Assembly: GCF_000142905.1 (NCBI RefSeq)
Contig: NW_013657657.1
Coordinates: 392,396-456,395 of the forward strand
Direction of reading: 5' to 3'
Length of the DNA: 64,000 nucleotides
DNA from: Thecamonas trahens ATCC 50062
Lineage: Eukaryota; Protista; Apusomonadida
The position numbers and the translations under genes are program-made. This document shows, piece by piece, positions 1 through 9,591 of the stretch; position 1 is the first letter of the stretch, and each line of letters starts with the position of its first letter. The notes below the pieces were generated by a model, which saw only the letters and a list, made by a program, of their open reading frames with translations, was not told where the DNA came from and ran no database searches.

Positions 1-1
1 G

Positions 2-3000
2 GTGCGTGGTTTTGTCCTCGACCTGGTGCTGTTTGAGGACTGCATCAAGCACGTAGTCAAGATCTCGCGCATCATCCGGCGGCCGCGTGGCTGCGCGCTG
101 CTGGTGGGTGTGGGCGGTAGTGGCAAGCAGTCGGTGACCAAGCTGGCGGCGTACATTGCGGGCCACGAGACGTTCCAACTCCAGATGACGCGGAGCTACA
201 ACGTGTCCAAGCTGATGGAGGACCTGCAGGTCCTGTACCGCAAGGCCGGTGGCGAAGGCAAGAAGGTCACGTTCATCTTTACGGACAACGACATCAAGGA
301 GGAGCGGTTCCTCGAGTACATCAACTCGATCCTGACGAGTGGCGATGTGGACGTGATGGCCAAGGACGAGCGCGACTCGATTCTGCTTGAGCTTCGCGAG
401 GTGATGAACAAGGAGCGACCGGAGCTGGAGGACAACATGGTGAACCTCAACAAGTTCTTCATCGAGCGTGTGCGGCAGAACCTGCACATTGTGCTCTGCT
501 TCTCGCCTGTGGGCGAGAAGTTCCGGACGCGGAGTCTCAAGTTCCCGGGCCTTGTTTCTGGAGTGACGATTGACTGGTTTGACCCGTGGCCGCTCAAGGC
601 GCTCAAGGCAGTGTCGCGGCGGTATCTGGTCGAGTTCCCGATGGTGTGCGAGGCGTCGGTCCGCGAAGCGCTCATCGAGTACATGTCGAACGTGCACTTT
701 TTGGTGGAGCGGACGTCGAAGCGGTACTTTGAAAAGTACCGCCGCAACGTGTTTGTCACGCCCAAGTCGTACCTCTCATTCCTCTCGTCGTTCCGGGCAG
801 TCTACGAGCAGAAGAAGGCCGAGATCGACGCAGAGGACTCGCGGATGAAGATCGGTCTGCAGAAGCTCGAGGCTGCCGAGATTTCGGTCTCGAAGCTCAA
901 GGAGAAGCTCGATGAGCAAGAGGTGGAGCTTGTCAAGGCGCAGGAGGTGGCGCGCCAGCAGCTCGACAAGATTGTGACCAAGACGGCCGAGGCGAAGAAG
1001 GAGAAGGACAAGGTCAAGGCGGTGAAGGACCAGGTCCTTGTCCAGCAGCAGGAGGCCGAGGCGGCGTCGCAGGCTGCTGACGCGGAGCTTGCCAAGGCGT
1101 TGCCGCATCTCAAGGCTGCAATTGCGGCGCTGGAGGTCATCGACCCAAAGGACATTAACGAGCTGCGGGCGGGTAACCACCCGGTCCACTTTACCAAGCG
1201 CGTCCTCGACTGCGTGCGAATCATGCGGTACCTGGGGATGGAGCCTGTTGAGATGGAAGAGAACGGGAAGATCCGGACCTCGTGGGTGGAGTCGAAGCGG
1301 ATGATGAACAAGAAGGACTTTCTGGACTCGCTGCTCAACTTTCCGCTCACCACGCTCAACGGCGAAATCATCGAGCTCCTCGAGCCGTACTTTGACGACG
1401 AGGAGTTTATGGTGGGCTCGGACCGTGCTGCGACGGTGAACCTGGCGCTGAAGGGCCTGTTTGAGTGGTGCGAGGCTATCATCAAGTACTACCACGTCTC
1501 GCGCGACATTGAGCCGAAGCAGATGGCGAAGAACAAGGCGCAGAAGCGGCTGCAGCAGGCAAACGAAGAGCTGTCTGACGCGCAGAAGCAGCTCGACGAG
1601 AAGGAGGCTGTTCTCGCGGCGATGCAGGCCAAGTACGACGCGTGCCAGGCGGAGGAGCAGCGGCTGGCGAGCATTGCCGAGAAGACGAAGCGGACGATGA
1701 CGGCTGCGCTTGCGCTCATCGACGGGCTTGCCGGCGAGAAGGAGCGGTGGACGGCAAAGAGTCTGACGTTTGGCGACGTGGTGACCAAGCTGGTGGGCGA
1801 TGTGGCGGTGGCGACGGCGTTCCTCTCGTACGCGGGACCGTTTATGCAGGAGTACCGGAACCGGCTGGTGAAGCAGTGCCGGAGCGACCTCAAGTCGAGC
1901 CACATTCCGTTCTCGTCGGAGCTCGACGTGGTCAAGCTGCTGACGGACGACAACGAGGTCGGGCAGTGGAACCTCGAGGGTCTGCCGACGGACGGACAGT
2001 CGACGCAGAATGGCATCATTGTTGTGAACGCGGCGCACATGTACGCGCGGTTCCCGCTCATGATTGACCCGCAGGGCCAGGGGCGGGCTTGGATTCTCAA
2101 CCACGAGGCAGCCAACGGGCTCAAGGTGGTGACCTTTGACACGCGTGGGTTCAAGGACACGCTCGAGACGTGCGTGCAGACGGGCGTGCCGCTCCTCATC
2201 GAGGATGTGGGCAACGAGCTCGACCCGATTCTCGATCCTGTGCTCGAGCGCGGAGTCAAGCTTCCGGGCGCCAAGCACTACATCTGCAAGATTGGTGACA
2301 AGGAGGTTAACTACGCCGAGGGCTTCCGGCTGTACATGACGACGAAGATTGCCAACCCCAAGTACTCGCCCGAGGTGTGCGCCAAGACGGCACTGGTGGA
2401 CTTTACGGTGACGCGGTCAGGGCTGGAGGATCAGCTGCTCGGGCGGGTCATCCGGCACGAGCAGGAGTACCTCGAGACGAAGCGGGCTGCGCTGTTGGAG
2501 GAGCTCAACACGAACAAGCAGCTGATCAAGAGCCTTGAGGACAACCTGCTGGCGAAGCTCTCTCAGACAGAGGGCAACCTTGTGGACGACACGGAGCTCA
2601 TCAACGTGCTCCGCAAGTCGAAGACGACGTCGGAGGAGGTGAAGGAGAAGATTGTGAGCTCTGTGGAGAACGAGCGGATCATCAACCAGGCGCGTGAGCA
2701 GTACCGGCCCGTGGCGACCCGCGGCTCGATCCTGTACTTTATCGTGTCGGAGATGGCCATGGTCGACCACATGTACGAGACCTCGCTGGCGCAGTTCCTC
2801 AACGTGTTCGACGAGTCGATGGTGCGTGCGGCGCAGACGCAGCTCGCGGCGCAGCGGATCTCGAACATCATCGAGGAGCTGACGTACTCGACGTTTACCT
2901 TTATGACGCGCGGGCTGTTTGAGGAGCACAAGCTGCTGTTCCTCCTTCAGTGCGCGCTCAAGATTGATCTCGAGGCGCGCGAGATTGACGGGCTGGAGTA

Positions 3001-5329
3001 CCGGACGTTTGTCAAGGGTGGGGCGAGTCTTGATCCAAAGACGGGCAAGGCGAACCCGGATCCGAGCGACATTCCGGAGGATGTGTGGCTCAACCTTCGT
3101 GCGCTGCACGAGATCCCGATTTTCCACAACATTCTCGAGCAGATTGAGAACAACGTGGCCGGGTGGAAGGCGTGGTACAACAAGGCAGAGCCCGAGAAGG
3201 AGGTTATTCCGGACGGGTACAACGAGATGCTCAACCCGTTCCAGCGGCTGCTGCTTGTGCGGTGCTGGTGCGTGGACCGGATGTACTTTGCGGCGGAGCC
3301 GTACATTGCCAAGACGCTTGGCGAGCAGTACACGGCGCCGCCACAGCTAGGCGTGGCGTCTGCACTGGAGGACTCTGACCCGCTTACGCCTGTGGTCTGC
3401 CTCCTCTCGATCGGGTCGGACCCTAGTGAGCAGATCCGGCAGCTGTCGAAGAAGCTGTATCGGCGCGTGCCGCTGGAGGTGTCGATGGGCGCGGGGCAGG
3501 AGGTTGTGGCGCGAAAGCACATTGCGACGGGCATGGCGAGCGGGCAGTGGGTCCTGCTCCAGAACTGCCACCTGGGCGTGGACTTTATGGACGAGGTTGT
3601 GGCGATTCTGACTGCTGCGACGGAGGCAAAGGAGCGTGCTTCCGAGGCGTACGCCAAGGGTAGCGGCGGCGGCGACGGCGACGACGACGACGACGACGAT
3701 GAGGGCTCGTCGGGCGGCGGGCTTGGGGCAAAGGAAGCCGGGCCTGTGGTCCATGACGACTTCAGGCTGTGGATGACGACGTCGCCGACGACGGAGTTCC
3801 CGATTCTCCTCCTGCACCGCGGGATCAAGGTGACGAACGAGCCGCCGCAGGGCGTGCGTGCTGGCCTGCAGAAGACGTTTGCGGACGTGAGCCAGGACGA
3901 GCTCGAGTACGTGGACCGGCCCGAGTACCGGTCGCTGCTGTACTCGATCACGTGGTTGCACTCGATTGTGCAGGAGCGGCGCAAGTTTGGCCCGCTCGGG
4001 TGGAACATCCCGTACGAGTTTAACTCTGCGGACCTTGCGGCGTCGCTTGCGTTCCTCCGCAAGTACATGTACGACCTTGATCCGAAGGCCAACGTGGACT
4101 GGAAAACGGTGCGGTACATCATTACCGAGGTCCACTACGGTGGGCGAGTGACGGACGACTTTGACCGGCGGCTGCTCAAGAGCTACGGGACCAAGTGGCT
4201 GTCAAACGCGGTGGCTAACAGCGGGGCGTCGGGCGTGCACTACGAGTTTGCACCCGGCTACTGCGTTCCGCCGGACAAGAGTCTGGAGGGGATTAAGGAG
4301 TACCTGCTCTCGCTGCCTGCGACCGACTCGCCACTCGTGTTTGGGCTCCACCCGACGGCTGAGATTGCGTATCGGCGGGCGCAGTCGCTCGCGGTGCTCT
4401 CAACGATTTTGGCGATCCAGCCGAAGGACTCGACCAGCGGCGACAAGCCGCGCGAGGTTGTGGTGGACGAAATGTGCGCCAAGTTCCTGGAGCAGCTGCG
4501 GCCGGACTTTATCGAGTCGCAGGTGCGGGCCAAGATCGACGCGCAGTCCGCCCAGGCGGCGCAGGCTGCCGAAGAGGCCGGCGAGGCGAGCGGTGCGGAC
4601 AAGGCGCCGCCGCCGCTCAACATTTTCCTCTTTCAGGAGGTGCAGCGGATGCAGATTGTGCTCAATCTGGTGCGGACGTCACTGACGGACCTGCGGCTGG
4701 CGATTGCGGGCACGATTGTGCTCTCAGAGCGGCTGATGGACATTCTCAGTGCCATCTACGACGGTCGAGTGCCGGAGGAGTGGGCGCGAGTGTCGTGGAA
4801 GTCGACGACGCTCTCGTTCTGGATGGCTGCGCTCGACTCGCGGTACACGCAGTACGAGGACTGGCTCAACAAGGGCCGGCCGCTGAAGGTCAAGATGGGA
4901 CTGCTGTTCAACCCGCAGGGCTTCCTCACGGCGGTCCTGCAGGAGGCCTCGCGCAAGATGGGACTCCCGCTCGACATGGTCGACTCGTACACCACGATTC
5001 CCAAGGACGGCAAGGAGATCAAACGGACCGAGATGGGCGTGTACCTCGAGGGCCTCACGCTCGAGGGTGCGCGGTGGGATCGGCGTAACGGCAAGCTGGA
5101 GGACCTTGGCGACCGCGGCAAGCAGACCATGGTCGAGATGCCGTGCATCTTCTTCTCGGCGCGGCCCAAGGAGGAGCGTGACCTCACGCAGTACGCATGC
5201 CCAGTGTACGTCAGTCCGCGGCGGCAGGACCTCGAGTATGTGACCACCATCTGGCTCAAGACGGACCACGAGGAGGGTCCTGGATTCTGGGTCCGGCGCG
5301 GCGTTGCGCTGCTGACGACGCGCAATTAG
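2..5329 (+). CDS. DNAH5: Axonemal dynein heavy chain, outer-arm gamma/DNAH5-DNAH8 type; 5'-truncated by window edge (AAA4, stalk/MTBD, AAA5, AAA6, C-terminal domain)
   Basis: P4 loop GVGGSGKQS; RVRQNLHIVLCFSPVGEKFRTRSLKFPGL; stalk coiled coils; PLMIDPQGQG (AAA5); WVLLQNCHLG and QERRKFGPLGWNIPYEFN (AAA6); C-terminal WVRRGVALL. Continuous ORF to TAG at 5329. Confidence 0.95.
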   Translation: MRGFVLDLVLFEDCIKHVVKISRIIRRPRGCALLVGVGGSGKQSVTKLAAYIAGHETFQLQMTRSYNVSKLMEDLQVLYRKAGGEGKKVTFIFTDNDIKEERFLEYINSILTSGDVDVMAKDERDSILLELREVMNKERPELEDNMVNLNKFFIERVRQNLHIVLCFSPVGEKFRTRSLKFPGLVSGVTIDWFDPWPLKALKAVSRRYLVEFPMVCEASVREALIEYMSNVHFLVERTSKRYFEKYRRNVFVTPKSYLSFLSSFRAVYEQKKAEIDAEDSRMKIGLQKLEAAEISVSKLKEKLDEQEVELVKAQEVARQQLDKIVTKTAEAKKEKDKVKAVKDQVLVQQQEAEAASQAADAELAKALPHLKAAIAALEVIDPKDINELRAGNHPVHFTKRVLDCVRIMRYLGMEPVEMEENGKIRTSWVESKRMMNKKDFLDSLLNFPLTTLNGEIIELLEPYFDDEEFMVGSDRAATVNLALKGLFEWCEAIIKYYHVSRDIEPKQMAKNKAQKRLQQANEELSDAQKQLDEKEAVLAAMQAKYDACQAEEQRLASIAEKTKRTMTAALALIDGLAGEKERWTAKSLTFGDVVTKLVGDVAVATAFLSYAGPFMQEYRNRLVKQCRSDLKSSHIPFSSELDVVKLLTDDNEVGQWNLEGLPTDGQSTQNGIIVVNAAHMYARFPLMIDPQGQGRAWILNHEAANGLKVVTFDTRGFKDTLETCVQTGVPLLIEDVGNELDPILDPVLERGVKLPGAKHYICKIGDKEVNYAEGFRLYMTTKIANPKYSPEVCAKTALVDFTVTRSGLEDQLLGRVIRHEQEYLETKRAALLEELNTNKQLIKSLEDNLLAKLSQTEGNLVDDTELINVLRKSKTTSEEVKEKIVSSVENERIINQAREQYRPVATRGSILYFIVSEMAMVDHMYETSLAQFLNVFDESMVRAAQTQLAAQRISNIIEELTYSTFTFMTRGLFEEHKLLFLLQCALKIDLEAREIDGLEYRTFVKGGASLDPKTGKANPDPSDIPEDVWLNLRALHEIPIFHNILEQIENNVAGWKAWYNKAEPEKEVIPDGYNEMLNPFQRLLLVRCWCVDRMYFAAEPYIAKTLGEQYTAPPQLGVASALEDSDPLTPVVCLLSIGSDPSEQIRQLSKKLYRRVPLEVSMGAGQEVVARKHIATGMASGQWVLLQNCHLGVDFMDEVVAILTAATEAKERASEAYAKGSGGGDGDDDDDDDEGSSGGGLGAKEAGPVVHDDFRLWMTTSPTTEFPILLLHRGIKVTNEPPQGVRAGLQKTFADVSQDELEYVDRPEYRSLLYSITWLHSIVQERRKFGPLGWNIPYEFNSADLAASLAFLRKYMYDLDPKANVDWKTVRYIITEVHYGGRVTDDFDRRLLKSYGTKWLSNAVANSGASGVHYEFAPGYCVPPDKSLEGIKEYLLSLPATDSPLVFGLHPTAEIAYRRAQSLAVLSTILAIQPKDSTSGDKPREVVVDEMCAKFLEQLRPDFIESQVRAKIDAQSAQAAQAAEEAGEASGADKAPPPLNIFLFQEVQRMQIVLNLVRTSLTDLRLAIAGTIVLSERLMDILSAIYDGRVPEEWARVSWKSTTLSFWMAALDSRYTQYEDWLNKGRPLKVKMGLLFNPQGFLTAVLQEASRKMGLPLDMVDSYTTIPKDGKEIKRTEMGVYLEGLTLEGARWDRRNGKLEDLGDRGKQTMVEMPCIFFSARPKEERDLTQYACPVYVSPRRQDLEYVTTIWLKTDHEEGPGFWVRRGVALLTTRN

Positions 5330-5408
5330 AGGCTGTGTGTGTGTGGCAGAGCGAGTAACACCAACAAAGGCCCAACTAACTAGCTAAAGTGGATAGAGGC
5401 AGGTACAT

Positions 5409-6692
5409 TTACATGACAACGACAAGCTCTTCGTCGTCGTCATCGTCATCGCCGTCGCCGTCGCCGTCGTCGCCGACGCTGCCGATGCGTGGACGCGAGA
5501 GCGAAGACGGCGAGAGAGCGCGGGCCACCTTGTTGACGGTAAACGCGCCGTCGTTGTCGGACCGCTTGCGCTTGCTGGATGGATGAGCGGCGGCAGCGAC
5601 GGCCGAGGCGACCGAGACCTTAACAGTTGGGCCGGCGGCGGCGGCGGCCGGCACAGACGAGTGCAGCGGCGGCGGCGGGCTGGGGACGGGCTGCGGGCGG
5701 GCCGCCGCTGACACGCCAGCCACAGTGGCTGCCAGTGCAGTGACGGAGACGACGTTGGGGTAGGGCGTGGTGAGCGAGACCGGGACCGGGGTCGGGGTCG
5801 GAACCGGCGCCGGTGTTGTTGGCGCGGGAACCGGCGGCGGCGGCCGAGTCAGCGAGGCGATGGGAACCGGGACCGGCGCAGGAGCAGGGGCGATGATCGA
5901 CGGCGCCGGCGGGGACAGTGCACGCAGAGTCGGCGGGACCGGAGGCGTTGGCAGCGGTGCCGGTGGAGCGACAGGAGTGGGAGCAGGCAGGGCGGAAGCG
6001 TCCGGAGGAGCAGTAGGCGGAGCAGAAGCGGAAGCGGTGGAAGTAGTGGTAGTGGAGGCAGTAGCGGTAGCTGTGGAGGTAGTTATAGCGGAAGCAGGAG
6101 CGGTAGCGGGAGCAACAGCAGGAGGCGGCATGGCAGCAGCGTCAGCGTCAGCAAAGGGATCATGTCCGTGATGAAGCGAGTTGACACGGATCTGCAAGGT
6201 GTGGAGGAGCGAGCGAGAACCAAAGGCTTTGAGCAGAACAGGAGCAATGCGCATGGCCAGAGCGGCGGAGAGGGCCTTGTCCGAGTTTGTGATCCTGTTT
6301 GGCCTCTTCTTTGCCGAGACCGAGGCGTTGGGAGGAAAGACAAACTCCCAGACGGAGATGGAGAGCGGACAACCGACCTTGACACTTGCTCGCTTGCGGA
6401 GAGGGACAGAGCCCGAGGCGCGAGTTTTTCGTGACCGACCAGCTTTGCACTGAAAAAGCGAACGAGCCACTTTGCCCACCACAGCTCCAGGCGCCTTTGA
6501 TGCCCTCGGCAATGCCTTTCGATGCATTTCTGCGTAGAGCATGGTAGCGGCCGCCGACTCGAGCTCCTCCTTCACGGCCTCCCACTCTGCCCATGAGCCC
6601 ACATACCCCACAGACACATCCCCATCCTCCTCATACCCATACAGTCGCCGCCCAAGCACCTCCTCTATTGCCTGGTTTGCTCCTTTCTCCAT
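5409..6692 (-). CDS. Putative transcription factor with FAR1/AFT/WRKY-like (C..C..HxH) DNA-binding domain and Pro/Ala/Thr-rich tail
   Basis: FQC...RKRASVKVGCP...HHGH pattern; KRKR NLS-like motif; acidic C-terminus. First ATG at 6692; true start uncertain because a gap lies upstream. Confidence 0.6.
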   Translation of the reverse strand: MEKGANQAIEEVLGRRLYGYEEDGDVSVGYVGSWAEWEAVKEELESAAATMLYAEMHRKALPRASKAPGAVVGKVARSLFQCKAGRSRKTRASGSVPLRKRASVKVGCPLSISVWEFVFPPNASVSAKKRPNRITNSDKALSAALAMRIAPVLLKAFGSRSLLHTLQIRVNSLHHGHDPFADADAAAMPPPAVAPATAPASAITTSTATATASTTTTSTASASAPPTAPPDASALPAPTPVAPPAPLPTPPVPPTLRALSPPAPSIIAPAPAPVPVPIASLTRPPPPVPAPTTPAPVPTPTPVPVSLTTPYPNVVSVTALAATVAGVSAAARPQPVPSPPPPLHSSVPAAAAAGPTVKVSVASAVAAAAHPSSKRKRSDNDGAFTVNKVARALSPSSLSRPRIGSVGDDGDGDGDDDDDDEELVVVM

Positions 6693-6903
6693 GGCTGTGC
6701 CCACTCCACCCGGGGAGAGGAGAGGTCCGCTGGCCGTGTGCGTGATCAGTGGGTGATCGATCGGGCAACGGACGGGGGGGAGGAGGGGAGGTGGGGGAGG
6801 GGGGAGGAGGGGTGGAGGGGGGGGGTAGTGGGGTGGGAAGTGGGGCGGGGGGTGGGGTGGGGGAGGGGGAGGAGGGAAGGGGAAGGAGGTGGCGGGGGTG
6901 GAG

Positions 6904-7003
6904 NNNNNNNNNNNNNNNNNNNNNNNNNNNNNNNNNNNNNNNNNNNNNNNNNNNNNNNNNNNNNNNNNNNNNNNNNNNNNNNNNNNNNNNNNNNNNNNNN
7001 NNN
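6904..7003. other. Assembly gap (N run) flanked by G-rich and C-rich tracts
   Basis: 100 N between G-run-rich 6770-6903 and C-run-rich 7004-7070. Confidence 0.95.
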
Positions 7004-7097
7004 CACGGCACCCACGCCCTTCACCCCCCCCTTACCCCCCCAACCCCCCCCCCCCCCCCTCCCCTCCCTTGCGGCGGAAGCAGCAGAGAGGAAGGAC

Positions 7098-9578
7098 ATG
7101 TCGCGTCTGTTCGGACGGCGGGGACGACGTGCGGTCAAGCGACATGCACGAGTCACTGTTCATGCTGTGCAGAATGTGTGTGTGGGAGAAGGCGGGACGG
7201 TGTCCGTCCGCTATGCTCGTGGCTCTCATTCGGGAACGACGGCAGCTGTGTTTGCAAGTAATAGTGTGGCTTTTTTTGACACTGTTTTTAACTTTCCTTG
7301 CACTCTCTACCAAAGAATAGACTCGGGCAAGTACGATGACAAGATATTGACCTTGACTGCAGTGGCAAATGGTACTCGCCATGCAAAGAGCAAGAGTGAG
7401 AGAAAAGATCGCGTTCTTGGCTCGGCTACCGTCAATCTGGCAGACTTGGCAAAGTTGGACCATCTCGTCACTCGTGTCTACCTCTGTGAAGCTGCTCCTG
7501 TTCCTGGCACTGCCATCAAGGTCTCGCTTGTTTTGTGGGATCCATCGCTTCCCGAGCCAGCCCTTGCCCTCGCTGCTTCTTCTGTTGCTTCGTCCAGCGA
7601 CGATCATCCCCGGTCGGGTCCGCCGCCGTCCTCGGCCTCGCTCTCAGCCGACGCCTCGTCAGATCGCCTGGACCCACCACCTCGCCCGCGTGCGAGTCCA
7701 AAGAAGCGCCGCAAGAGGCGCCAGGTCTCGCCGCTCGTCGCTGCTGCCGCTGCAGGCAACGTGACCGCCACCACCCCCACCCCCACCCTCTCGTCGCTCT
7801 CGTCAATGGACGACGAGAGTACCTTGCCCAACTACCTCGAGTCCGACCCGGACTCGCACGCCACAGAGACGTTCTCCGGCGAGGTCTCGCCATCGGCCAC
7901 GGGTGAGTTTCGCTCCACCGGGCCTGTCTACCCGGCCTCTCTGTTCATGCCGGGTGACGGCGGCCGCCCCAGTCCAGCCCGCCCGCGCGCAACCTCAATC
8001 ACCACTGCTCGCTCGCACTCGCGCCAGCCGTCGCTCCCCTCGCCGCACGTCCCGGCCCGTCGCTCGTCGGTCACCGCTTCGCGCGCACACCGCCGCTCGC
8101 TCTCGTCGTCGGTCCAGATCAACGCCGAGCTGCCGGTGGCCCAGCGGAGCATCGGCGAGCTCGGCGAGCTGCCCGAGCCCGACCCGGCTGGCGCCATCTC
8201 GCAGGAGCTCGGCCGGATCAAGGCCCGCCTCCGCGAGCGCCGGCTCAAGCTTGTCGGCCGCCGTGTCGCCCTCCTTGTCGACGGCGCCATCGCCTCGGTC
8301 TATCTCAACCCGGACGACCGCGCCGCCGCCCTCTCCTCGGCCGCCCTCGTCACCGTCGGCATGTCCTCGCGTGGGCTGCCGGATTCCATCTTTGAGCCCG
8401 AGGCCTGGGACCACGAGTCGGTCGCCACTGCCGTCGCCGCCTTTTCCAACTGGTACCAGCACGGCCTGCCGATCTCGGAGCGTCTTGTCTTTGCCGCCAT
8501 GGTCGACTGGAACTTTGGCTTTGAGTCGCAGGAGGCTCTGGCGTCTGCCACAGAGCTCCTGCGCAACTCGCCGGCTGCCCTCGTTGTCCACGATCTCCCG
8601 GCCGCCCTCGACGCCAAGGTCCGCGCCTCGCGCGCCAAGCCGCTCGAGCTCGCATACTTTCTGGCCGTTGCCGCCCTCCTCGTCCACGACGTGAGCAATG
8701 AGCTTGCGCTGGCCGTCGGCGGTGCTCGCTCGCGCCCGGCCTGGGCCCGCTCGCTCGAGGACGCCCTCGACGCCGCCGCCTACACCGCGTTTTCACTACT
8801 GGTCGGCCACTACAACCAGCGGCTCGAGAGCGCTGTCGTTGTCGGCGCCTTTCTCGACGCGCCGTCCACGCTCGAGACCGCATCGGCCCGCGCCGCCGCC
8901 GCCGCCGCCGTCGGCTCGGCCACTGTGCCCTCGCTCCCGCGCCCGGCACTCTCGCCAGCCACCGTCATTGCTGTCCTTGACGAGCTCGCCGCCGTCGTCG
9001 CGCCGTGGCACCCAGAGGTGTTTGGTGACACCCGCGCTGCCGTCGTCTCGGCCGTTTTCAAGCACATCAACGCCGTCCTTTGCAACGCTGTCCTTGTCGA
9101 TTCGCGCGGCGCGACCGTAAGCGGCGGGCTCAAGCTCAAGATGGCCGTCTCGGAGCTCGAAGAGTGGCTTGCTCAGCACCCGGAGCTGAGCGGTGGCGAG
9201 CTGCCGGCTCGCGAGCGCCTGGTCCTTGTCCGCGAGCTGGCCGACGTCCTCGTCATGCCCAAAGACGCTCTCCTCGTGGCTGAGACGCGAGGCCAGGTCG
9301 CCCCGCACCTCTCCAGCCACCAGCTTGTTGCCCTCCTCCACGCTGTGCAGACAGACGACTACGACCAGGTCGGCGTCGAGCCCGGCCTCGTCGAGTCGCT
9401 TGCTGACGAACTCGGCGTCGAGCAGGCCGGCGTCGCCTCGTCACGCGTCGCCGTCCCAGACGTCATCGAGCCGCCGCTCTGCGACGCCCTGCCCGCACCA
9501 GTCCTCGACATTGACCTCGGCCAACTCGTCCTCCCTGTTTGCTTTGTTGGGCAAGAAGGCTACGAGTTTCTGCCGTAA
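7098..9578 (+). CDS. NT-C2 (EEIG1/EHBP1-type) + Dilute (DIL) domain protein
   Basis: N-terminal VSVRYARGSHSGTT...FPCTLYQ...YDDKILTL...LGSATVNLADLA (NT-C2). C-terminal VFKHINAVLCNAVL...GLKLKMAVSELEEWL...RELADVLVMPK...APHLSSHQLVALL (DIL). ATG at 7098 in frame with the ORF track. Confidence 0.8.
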   Translation: MSRLFGRRGRRAVKRHARVTVHAVQNVCVGEGGTVSVRYARGSHSGTTAAVFASNSVAFFDTVFNFPCTLYQRIDSGKYDDKILTLTAVANGTRHAKSKSERKDRVLGSATVNLADLAKLDHLVTRVYLCEAAPVPGTAIKVSLVLWDPSLPEPALALAASSVASSSDDHPRSGPPPSSASLSADASSDRLDPPPRPRASPKKRRKRRQVSPLVAAAAAGNVTATTPTPTLSSLSSMDDESTLPNYLESDPDSHATETFSGEVSPSATGEFRSTGPVYPASLFMPGDGGRPSPARPRATSITTARSHSRQPSLPSPHVPARRSSVTASRAHRRSLSSSVQINAELPVAQRSIGELGELPEPDPAGAISQELGRIKARLRERRLKLVGRRVALLVDGAIASVYLNPDDRAAALSSAALVTVGMSSRGLPDSIFEPEAWDHESVATAVAAFSNWYQHGLPISERLVFAAMVDWNFGFESQEALASATELLRNSPAALVVHDLPAALDAKVRASRAKPLELAYFLAVAALLVHDVSNELALAVGGARSRPAWARSLEDALDAAAYTAFSLLVGHYNQRLESAVVVGAFLDAPSTLETASARAAAAAAVGSATVPSLPRPALSPATVIAVLDELAAVVAPWHPEVFGDTRAAVVSAVFKHINAVLCNAVLVDSRGATVSGGLKLKMAVSELEEWLAQHPELSGGELPARERLVLVRELADVLVMPKDALLVAETRGQVAPHLSSHQLVALLHAVQTDDYDQVGVEPGLVESLADELGVEQAGVASSRVAVPDVIEPPLCDALPAPVLDIDLGQLVLPVCFVGQEGYEFLP

Positions 9579-9591
9579 AATGAACAGCTCG

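Noticed and set aside
196-5325. Many overlapping shadow ORFs on the dynein gene (and on other long genes)
   Set aside because: Expected from high GC3 codon bias; no recognisable motifs.
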